Positions 1-6,016 of a DNA stretch of 64,000 nt are shown one piece after another. The DNA lies in assembly GCA_045616485.1 (NCBI GenBank), contig JAZLGU010000044.1:897-64896 (forward strand), read 5' to 3'. The stretch's first letter is position 1, and each line of letters starts with the position of its first letter. The translations under genes and the position numbers were made by a program. The notes beneath the pieces are model-generated. The model had not been told where the DNA came from and did no database searches. It worked only from the letters and a program-made list of their open reading frames with translations. The stretch comes from Lachnospiraceae bacterium (GTDB lineage Bacteria; Bacillota; Clostridia; Lachnospirales; Lachnospiraceae).

Positions 1-964
1 TATCATTAATTGCAGTAAACTTATAGTAAAGATTCTCCACAGGTGTCTCTGTAGTATAAGCTCCTTTTGCTTTGCTAAAGTCTACCTTCTTCCAAAAGTC
101 ATTGATAAAGCAATCTGCCATCTTTACCTGGCCATCATAATTGGGGTGAAAGTCTACAAATTTACCATCTGCACCATACTGCAGATACTGAGAATTAAAT
201 AAGCTGTCAAGATTTACATAGTAAACATTACTATCGCTTGAAGCTAATGCTTTATAATACTGTTGAATCTCATTTATTGCGGTTTTTACAGATCTGGTAA
301 AAAGGTAAGAGGTTATTATATCCATATTGACTATACTTGATAAAGTGGAAACACCATAATTATCATTATAACCTACATTAGTAAGAGCGATTTTACAATT
401 TGGATTATAACTCTCAATAACAGAAATAGTTTGTTTTACTTTTTCATTTATTGAAGCAATATATTTTATATGAAGCTCATTTTTAGAGTTCCCTAAAGCA
501 TCGGTAACTGCTTTATATACAGGGCTACTAGTTGTGATTCTGTTCTTACTTCCAATCAAATCAGGAGTGTCATAGCCTGCTCTGTATAAAGCTTCACCCA
601 GCATATGAATTATATCATTACCACCAATGCAAATTGTTATAAAATCAGCCTTTTTGATATCATCGATAACTTTTGCATCGTTAATAATCTGATAAAAAAC
701 ATCATCCGTAGTATAGCCACCTTTAGCATCATTACGAATAATGATTTCAACATTCTTGGATTTTTCCAGCTTTTCCTTTACATATACAGGATAAGTAGTC
801 CAATCTTTACCATCATATGTTGCATAGTCTGTCAAACTATCCCCCAGCGCCAGATAAGCGACCTTAGTTCTTCCGGCTGCATCAGCATATCTTAACGGTA
901 AAAGAGTAATGCAACATGCAAGCATAACAACAAGTGCCAGTGCTTTTTTTGTAAATCTTTTCAT
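1..964 (-). CDS. secreted SGNH/GDSL-family hydrolase (3' end runs off the window)
   Basis: Absent from the ORF track because it is open at the window edge. Hand translation from the ATG (complement of 962-964), preceded by GGAGGG, gives MKRFTKKALALVVMLACCITLL (signal peptide). Then come LALGDSLTD (block I GDS), CIGGNDI (block III GxND) and DFHPN (block V DxxH). Confidence 0.8.
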   Translation of the reverse strand, partial: MKRFTKKALALVVMLACCITLLPLRYADAAGRTKVAYLALGDSLTDYATYDGKDWTTYPVYVKEKLEKSKNVEIIIRNDAKGGYTTDDVFYQIINDAKVIDDIKKADFITICIGGNDIIHMLGEALYRAGYDTPDLIGSKNRITTSSPVYKAVTDALGNSKNELHIKYIASINEKVKQTISVIESYNPNCKIALTNVGYNDNYGVSTLSSIVNMDIITSYLFTRSVKTAINEIQQYYKALASSDSNVYYVNLDSLFNSQYLQYGADGKFVDFHPNYDGQVKMADCFINDFWKKVDFSKAKGAYTTETPVENLYYKFTAIND

Positions 965-1014
965 TATATCGCCCTCCAAAAGTTAGTATATATAGTATAT
1001 ACTTTTTGTCCCCA

Positions 1015-1087
1015 AGGTGGTGTAAACTTAGTATAAATATACACTTAATTAATTATATTTATTGTGTCTTCTGTTTTTACACCACCT
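1015..1087. repeat. 12-bp inverted repeat AGGTGGTGTAAA / TTTACACCACCT separated by 49 nt of AT-rich DNA
   Basis: Read directly: arms at 1015-1026 and 1076-1087. It lies 50-120 nt upstream of the minus-strand GDSL gene start, so it may be an operator or 5'-UTR stem. Confidence 0.55.
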
Positions 1088-1239
1088 CTTAATAATATAT
1101 AGTGAAGTAAGCAATGTAAATAGGCAATGTGGTTCAAATGTTTATATATTTGCAAAAGAAGACTCGACATAAACGAACTATACTCCAGATGATAGTGTAA
1201 AATACTAATTTTATCCTCAGGATATTTCCCTTATTAGGG

Positions 1240-1269
1240 TTGACTTAGATTTATTCTTTTTTGTATAAT
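1240..1269 (+). promoter_or_regulatory. candidate sigma-A promoter (TTGACT - 18 nt - TATAAT) upstream of the DUF2971/MTase/AsnB-like operon
   Basis: -35 TTGACT at 1240-1245 and -10 TATAAT at 1264-1269. This would give a 5' UTR of roughly 270 nt before the ATG at 1546. Confidence 0.35.
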
Positions 1270-1545
1270 GACAAATAATGACAGACAATATGAATGCTTG
1301 CATCTGCCCGTGTGCCCTCACTGTCAAATTGCTAATGATGTTAATGATTTCAACGCCAGCTTGAAAAGACACTTGAAGATAGCCCCAAGTTTTATAACGA
1401 AGATTTAGTGAATTTCGTAAAAAAGCCATTTTAATTGGGATGATGTCACATCAAAAACATTAGATTTATACAAAAAGTAATAGTTATTCTTCCATGGATA
1501 TATAATAGTAATTTTTAAATATATAAAGCATAAGGTAAACATCCA

Positions 1546-2382
1546 ATGTCGACTATTAATTATCAAAAGTTTCCAAGTCTTCAGACCTTTGAGGATCTGG
1601 ATGACTATTATGAAAACAAATATGCACACCATACTGAATACAATCATTATGCAGGCAAGAATGCTATCAAATCTATTGTCAAAAATAATGAATTCTGGAT
1701 TTCTTCTGTAAAAGGATTTAATGATTGTGAAGATACCGCGCAGTTTACAGATAATCTAAATGCTTATTATTCATTATGCTTTAGCACAGGAACGGAAGAA
1801 AATCTGGCTTTATGGTTTATTTATTCCAATAAAGATGGCGGCCGCATCAGATTCAACAAATTTAATCAAATATCTAAAATTATTGATAATTCTACTTTTA
1901 CACTTGCAATTAAAAATGCAAATAATACTACCACAAATCTTATGACACTCCAAAAAGGAAAAGATTTTGATTTGATTATTGGAGATATTATTTATAAAGG
2001 GCAAGAGAAGAAAGGTAAAGTAGCATTAAGATATAATACATTTATAAACTATCATATAGCCTGTAAAGAAATTAAAAAATTCAAAGAAGAGCATGTTGGA
2101 TTTATTAAAGATAATATATGGTACTACGAAAAAGAAACTCGTGTCCTTATAAAATTAAAGGATAATGTACTAAAATCCATCACTTTTAATGAAAACAAAG
2201 AATACATAATAAAAATGAATTTTTCCAATGTTAAGCTATATAAACTTAATGTTGATTTATCACCTGGAATTACAGAAAATGAATTCTACGATTTATCAAA
2301 AGAATTGATCAGTTCAAAATATCAGGTGGCTATTAAACCAAGCTGTTTTTTCGGTAAAATTAGAAAATGGCCCAATAACTAG
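1546..2382 (+). CDS. hypothetical protein, DUF2971-like
   Basis: 278-aa ORF. The N-terminal HYAGKNAIKSIVKNNEFWISSVKGFNDCEDTAQF resembles the DUF2971 signature (YHYT...l..il....l..s....lNDp.E), recalled from memory. It is the first gene of a tightly spaced three-gene unit. Confidence 0.5.
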   Translation: MSTINYQKFPSLQTFEDLDDYYENKYAHHTEYNHYAGKNAIKSIVKNNEFWISSVKGFNDCEDTAQFTDNLNAYYSLCFSTGTEENLALWFIYSNKDGGRIRFNKFNQISKIIDNSTFTLAIKNANNTTTNLMTLQKGKDFDLIIGDIIYKGQEKKGKVALRYNTFINYHIACKEIKKFKEEHVGFIKDNIWYYEKETRVLIKLKDNVLKSITFNENKEYIIKMNFSNVKLYKLNVDLSPGITENEFYDLSKELISSKYQVAIKPSCFFGKIRKWPNN

Positions 2383-2402
2383 TTCTCCCCAGGGTACCCA
2401 TC

Positions 2403-3167
2403 ATGCTTACTAATCTTAAAACAAAAATAAAACAACAGGAAAAACATAACATAATTGCAAAAATAGTTATGAAGATATACAGACTATTTAAGAAGATTCT
2501 TCGATTTATTACCAGCAGAAAGTACAGATCTCTGGTGAAGATGAAGTTCTTTCATTCCAAAAGGGCTCAGCAGACCACCTGTTATACTGCTATGGATCGT
2601 TATCCCAATGAATTTGCTGCTGCAAAGGAATACTTTGATTCTATCAATAAAACGGATATTAGAATCCTTTCCTATGGCTGTTGCACCGGCGAAGAAGTAG
2701 TGACACTTAGGCAGTATTTTCCGGAGGCTACCATTGTAGGGGCTGAGATTAATGCTGACAGCTTGCGTATATGTAAAAAGCGAAAGCTGGATAATAAGAT
2801 TGTTTTTATCAAGTCCATTCCTAAAAAGATAGCAAAGTATGGTCCATACGATATGGTGCTGGCCATGGCAGTACTGGAACGTACACCACAGTATGTGCAA
2901 AATAACGGCATCACAGACCTTTCTAATATTTATCCTTATGAAAAGTATGACAAGCAGGTAATAGAGCTGGATTCATATCTTAAAAAGGATGGCTTGTTTT
3001 TATGTAGCTATACCCATTATTTCTTACCAGACTCTACTGTGGGGAAGAAATATAATGTATATGGCAACTGTGGCTTTAAGGGTCAGATTTTTGACACTCA
3101 TAGTAAGCTAAAAAGTAGTGATAAAGCATTTCCGGATATGTTTATAAAAAGTAAATTACAGGGGTAG
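2403..3167 (+). CDS. class I SAM-dependent methyltransferase, CheR-like motif set
   Basis: RILSYGCCTGEEVVTL matches CheR motif I (IWSaGCsTGEEpYS). IVGAEINADSL and YDMVLAMAVLE fit the post-I and motif II/III positions. It starts 20 nt after the preceding gene and ends 6 nt before the next. The exact start is uncertain because the RBS is weak. Confidence 0.7.
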   Translation: MLTNLKTKIKQQEKHNIIAKIVMKIYRLFKKILRFITSRKYRSLVKMKFFHSKRAQQTTCYTAMDRYPNEFAAAKEYFDSINKTDIRILSYGCCTGEEVVTLRQYFPEATIVGAEINADSLRICKKRKLDNKIVFIKSIPKKIAKYGPYDMVLAMAVLERTPQYVQNNGITDLSNIYPYEKYDKQVIELDSYLKKDGLFLCSYTHYFLPDSTVGKKYNVYGNCGFKGQIFDTHSKLKSSDKAFPDMFIKSKLQG

Positions 3168-3173
3168 TTTCTC

Positions 3174-5105
3174 ATGTCAGCGATATATGGAGCTGTAGAT
3201 CTAAAAAACACTAGTGACTTTTCAGTCCAGGCAGAAAAGTATAAAAAGGAATATTCAGCGTATGCAGTAGAGCATGTAGATAATATAATTTCCGGCTCTG
3301 CCTTTATGGGCTGTGCCCATCAGTATTTTACTCCTGAAGCAGAACGTGATGTGTTGCCTGTAGAAGAGCCCGAGCTGCTTTTCACAGCCGACTGTTTCCT
3401 GGACAATCATATAGAGCTTAAAGAGGCGATGCAGCTCCCCTCTGATACTCCGGACGGGGCAGTGATACTGGCAGCGTTTAAGAAGTGGAAAAAGGATGTT
3501 ATAAAGCATCTTCATGGCTCCTTTTCCTTTGCTATCTATGATAAAGAGGCCCGTGAAGTCATGCTGGCCAATGACCGTTTTGCCCAGCGTTGTTTATTCT
3601 ATACCGTAAGGGGCAGTCAGGTTCATTTTTCTACACTCTTTTATCCATTACTTCGTAATAGTGGTCTGGACTTTAAAAAGAATAATCGCTGGCTTTTGGA
3701 CAGTATTTCCATGCGTGGACCTGTTATGATGTCTGAATGCAGGGAGACTGCCGTAGACTCCGTATATAAGGTAGTAAGCGGCACTTTCGTTACCATTAGT
3801 CTCGGCAGCGACGACAATGCCATTATAGAAGAGCATGAGTATTACAGGCCAAAAGATGAGATCAAGGTAAATAGAAAAATCACTCCTAAAAAGAGTGAGG
3901 ATATGATAAAAGATGTGATGTACCATGCCGTGGGCAGGATACTTAGAAATAAAGATCATATAGGTGCTCAGCTTAGCCGCGGACTGGACAGTACTTCAGT
4001 CGCCTGTACAGCTGCCATTCTTATGGCAAGAGAAGGAAAGTCTATAAACAGCTATACATCTGTCCCTTTAAAGGAGGCCAATCTGGATAATAAGGGGTAT
4101 CTCGTATACGACGAGACCAGTGGCGTCATGAAAGTAGTAGAAGCTTACCCCAATATCAAGCCTCATTTTATCGATACTGCCGGTAGAAATTACCTGCAGG
4201 AAGCAGATAATATCATTCGTCTTTGGGAGCTGCCTTGCAAGTCCCAGCAAAATTCCATCTGGTCCGACGAGATATATAAGCAGGCTGCAGCAGATGGAGT
4301 AAAGATAATGCTGACCGGAGCTACGGGCAATTGCACCATATCCGCCGGTAGCATCGAAAATTCACTCTATGATCATTTAAAGCATCTGCGCTTTATAAAA
4401 GCTTACAAAAGCCTTGGAGTAGCAAAAAAAGTAGGGGTACCGCCTAAGCGTTATTTAAGAAATCTTTGGAATCTCTACAAGAATTATAGAAAATGGGTAA
4501 AAGAGAATCATAGCTTCTACGAAGAAAATTTCACCAGAAGCGATATAGGAGAAGCATACAAGCTCTCTACCCGTATGGTGGAAAATAATGGTCATTATCT
4601 GCCCTTTGAAGATCTTAAGGCCATGCGTAAAGTCATGTTTTTCCAGAAGGCTAATGCCCAGATAGGCGAAGTAGATACCAAGACCAGTCTTACATATGGT
4701 GTACTGCCCAGAGACCCCATGCGTACCCACGATATGATGCAGCTCTGCTATTCCCTGCCTATAGAATGTTTCTCCTGGGATGATTATGACAGACGTCTGG
4801 TAAGAGAGGGTATGGCAGGTATTGTACCTGAATTTATACGTCACGACGTGCGCCATCGTGGCCGTCAGAGTGGTGATATCTACTATAGACTGAGTCTGGT
4901 ATGGGATGATGTATTACCTGTCATAAAAAATCAGCTATATAGTCCATCTACTTTAGACTATCTGGATAAAAAGAAAATAGCAGAGTGGCTGGATACTCTG
5001 ACCCGGGACAATCTCGAAGAGAATAGCAATAAAACCCTGATGGTAGTAGATGCTTATTCATTTTCACTTTATGTAAATCAGCTTGATAAACTCATATCAA
5101 AATAG
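3174..5105 (+). CDS. asparagine synthetase (AsnB)-family enzyme lacking the glutaminase Cys; lasso-peptide macrolactam synthetase-like
   Basis: 643 aa. It starts MSAIYG instead of MCGI (Cys2 nucleophile replaced by Ser). FTADCFLDNHIELKEAM sits at the position of NGEIYN..EL. LSRGLDSTSVACTAA matches the SGGLDSS PP-loop. The RBS AGGGG is upstream. Confidence 0.75.
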   Translation: MSAIYGAVDLKNTSDFSVQAEKYKKEYSAYAVEHVDNIISGSAFMGCAHQYFTPEAERDVLPVEEPELLFTADCFLDNHIELKEAMQLPSDTPDGAVILAAFKKWKKDVIKHLHGSFSFAIYDKEAREVMLANDRFAQRCLFYTVRGSQVHFSTLFYPLLRNSGLDFKKNNRWLLDSISMRGPVMMSECRETAVDSVYKVVSGTFVTISLGSDDNAIIEEHEYYRPKDEIKVNRKITPKKSEDMIKDVMYHAVGRILRNKDHIGAQLSRGLDSTSVACTAAILMAREGKSINSYTSVPLKEANLDNKGYLVYDETSGVMKVVEAYPNIKPHFIDTAGRNYLQEADNIIRLWELPCKSQQNSIWSDEIYKQAAADGVKIMLTGATGNCTISAGSIENSLYDHLKHLRFIKAYKSLGVAKKVGVPPKRYLRNLWNLYKNYRKWVKENHSFYEENFTRSDIGEAYKLSTRMVENNGHYLPFEDLKAMRKVMFFQKANAQIGEVDTKTSLTYGVLPRDPMRTHDMMQLCYSLPIECFSWDDYDRRLVREGMAGIVPEFIRHDVRHRGRQSGDIYYRLSLVWDDVLPVIKNQLYSPSTLDYLDKKKIAEWLDTLTRDNLEENSNKTLMVVDAYSFSLYVNQLDKLISK

Positions 5106-5120
5106 ACGTGATAAAAAATT

Positions 5121-5134
5121 ACAATATTGTTACA
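5121..5134. promoter_or_regulatory. perfect 10-bp palindrome ACAATATTGT overlapping an ATATTGTTACA motif; candidate operator
   Basis: Palindrome at 5121-5130 and motif at 5124-5134, just upstream of the putative -35 at 5139. Related motifs occur at 5515-5525 and 5596-5607. Confidence 0.3.
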
Positions 5135-5138
5135 TCTC

Positions 5139-5167
5139 TTGCAATATATATAGCCTGGTGGTAAGAT
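5139..5167 (+). promoter_or_regulatory. candidate promoter for alpha1/beta1 (TTGCAA - 17 nt - TAAGAT, with TGG immediately upstream of the -10)
   Basis: Hand-counted spacing: -35 at 5139-5144 and -10 at 5162-5167. Confidence 0.35.
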
Positions 5168-5212
5168 GGCAAAGGTTCAAAATGAATTAGTAAATTGTAG
5201 GAGGATTATACA

Positions 5213-5350
5213 ATGAAGAATTGGAATACACCCGCAGTAGAAGAAGTAAAGGTTAGCAATACACAGTACGGTGGTGCTACTGTTACAGAGCCTGATGACG
5301 TTTTTGTAAACGCTGATGGTAAGTGGGAAGCTACTTTCGTAGCATCATAA
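5213..5350 (+). CDS. RiPP precursor-like peptide alpha1 (45 aa): MKNWNTPAVEEVKVSNTQYGGATVTEPDDVFVNADGKWEATFVAS
   Basis: The ATG lies 7 nt after AGGAGGA (5199-5205) and the stop TAA is at 5348-5350. Its paralog alpha2 differs mostly by synonymous changes. The leader-like N-terminus is shared with three neighbouring short ORFs. Confidence 0.8.
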   Translation: MKNWNTPAVEEVKVSNTQYGGATVTEPDDVFVNADGKWEATFVAS

Positions 5351-5369
5351 TTTGAGGGAGGACATAAAG

Positions 5370-5504
5370 ATGAAGAATTGGAATATGCCTGCAGTAGAAG
5401 TAGTTGAGATCTCAGCTACACAGAATGGTGGTATGCCTAGCAAGAATTTCGACCAGTCATGGTACGATGAGAATGGCGCTCTTCACGTAAATTTCGAGAG
5501 CTAA
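5370..5504 (+). CDS. RiPP precursor-like peptide beta1 (44 aa): MKNWNMPAVEVVEISATQNGGMPSKNFDQSWYDENGALHVNFES
   Basis: The ATG is preceded by GAGGGAGGA (5354-5362), 19 nt after the alpha1 stop. The stop TAA is at 5502-5504. It aligns without gaps to alpha1. Confidence 0.8.
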   Translation: MKNWNMPAVEVVEISATQNGGMPSKNFDQSWYDENGALHVNFES

Positions 5505-5527
5505 TTATTTAAACATATTGTAACAGA

Positions 5528-5581
5528 GGGGGACGTTTCCAGCTGACAAGATTTAAATGTTGTCAGTTGGAAACGTCCCCC
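5528..5581 (+). terminator. 22-bp stem hairpin (one G-U pair, 10-nt loop) between the two alpha/beta cassettes; terminator, attenuator or RNA-stability element
   Basis: GGGGGACGTTTCCAGCTGACAA (5528-5549) pairs with TTGTCAGTTGGAAACGTCCCCC (5560-5581). There is no clean U-tract. Outer arms CATATTGTAACA (5514-5525) and TGTTACAAATATG (5596-5608) extend the structure. Confidence 0.6.
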
Positions 5582-5617
5582 TGTCATATATTAATTGTTA
5601 CAAATATGAAATATTTC

Positions 5618-5646
5618 TTGATATAAAAATAACATAGTGATATTAT
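5618..5646 (+). promoter_or_regulatory. candidate promoter for alpha2/beta2 (TTGATA - 17 nt - TATTAT with TGA extended -10)
   Basis: -35 at 5618-5623 and -10 at 5641-5646, with TG at 5638-5639. Confidence 0.45.
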
Positions 5647-5688
5647 CTAAAATATCTTATAAGAAGTAATTTTTGGGAGGAAAAAATT

Positions 5689-5829
5689 ATGAAGAACAAT
5701 TGGAATACACCAGCTGTAGAGGAAGTAAAGGTTAGCAATACTCAGTACGGCGGCGCTACTGTTACAGAGCCTGATGACATTTTTGTAAATGCTGATGGTA
5801 AGTGGGAAGCTACATTCGTAGAGTCATAA
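5689..5829 (+). CDS. RiPP precursor-like peptide alpha2 (46 aa): MKNNWNTPAVEEVKVSNTQYGGATVTEPDDIFVNADGKWEATFVES
   Basis: The ATG is preceded by GGGAGG (5675-5680) and the stop TAA is at 5827-5829. Relative to alpha1 there are 8 synonymous codon changes, 2 replacements (V->I, A->E) and one extra Asn codon. Confidence 0.8.
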   Translation: MKNNWNTPAVEEVKVSNTQYGGATVTEPDDIFVNADGKWEATFVES

Positions 5830-5848
5830 TTATAGGGAGGACATAAAA

Positions 5849-5998
5849 ATGAAGACTTGGACAGATCCAGATGTAAAGGTACTTGATATCGAAGAGACAG
5901 CAAATGGCGGTATGCCTAGCAAAAATTTCGACCAGCAGTGGTACGATGAGAATGGCGCTCTTCACGTAAATTTCGTTGATCCTAACGCTAATAGCTGA
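5849..5998 (+). CDS. RiPP precursor-like peptide beta2 (49 aa): MKTWTDPDVKVLDIEETANGGMPSKNFDQQWYDENGALHVNFVDPNANS
   Basis: The ATG is preceded by AGGGAGGA, 19 nt after the alpha2 stop, and the stop TGA is at 5996-5998. The core is nearly identical to beta1, including a 37-nt identical stretch, while the leader has diverged. Confidence 0.8.
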   Translation: MKTWTDPDVKVLDIEETANGGMPSKNFDQQWYDENGALHVNFVDPNANS

Positions 5999-6016
5999 TT
6001 CTATCAGGTTATTACT

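Noticed and set aside
605-895. 96-aa plus-strand ORF in the ORF track
   Set aside because: It lies antisense inside the well-supported GDSL hydrolase gene, has low-complexity Ile/Asn-rich sequence and has no RBS. It is a shadow ORF.
1290-1364. Cys-rich 24-codon mini-ORF (MNACICPCALTVKLLMMLMISTPA) in the putative 5' UTR
   Set aside because: It is tempting as a fifth peptide, but it has no RBS, no similarity to the alpha/beta peptides and no paralog. It is probably chance.
1217-1647. Two overlapping minus-strand ORFs (70 and 80 aa)
   Set aside because: They have no Shine-Dalgarno site and an AT-driven composition. One overlaps the start of the DUF2971-like gene. They are treated as non-coding spacer.
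3174-5105. Possibility that the 643-aa protein is the housekeeping asparagine synthetase
   Set aside because: The N-terminal Cys nucleophile is absent (MSAI instead of MCGI) and the NGEIYN block has degenerated. The gene also sits in an AT-rich accessory block next to precursor-like peptides.
5166-5216. 16-codon ORF (MAKVQNELVNCRRIIQ) overlapping the alpha1 RBS
   Set aside because: Its ATG overlaps the putative -10 element, it has no RBS of its own, and it has no counterpart before alpha2.
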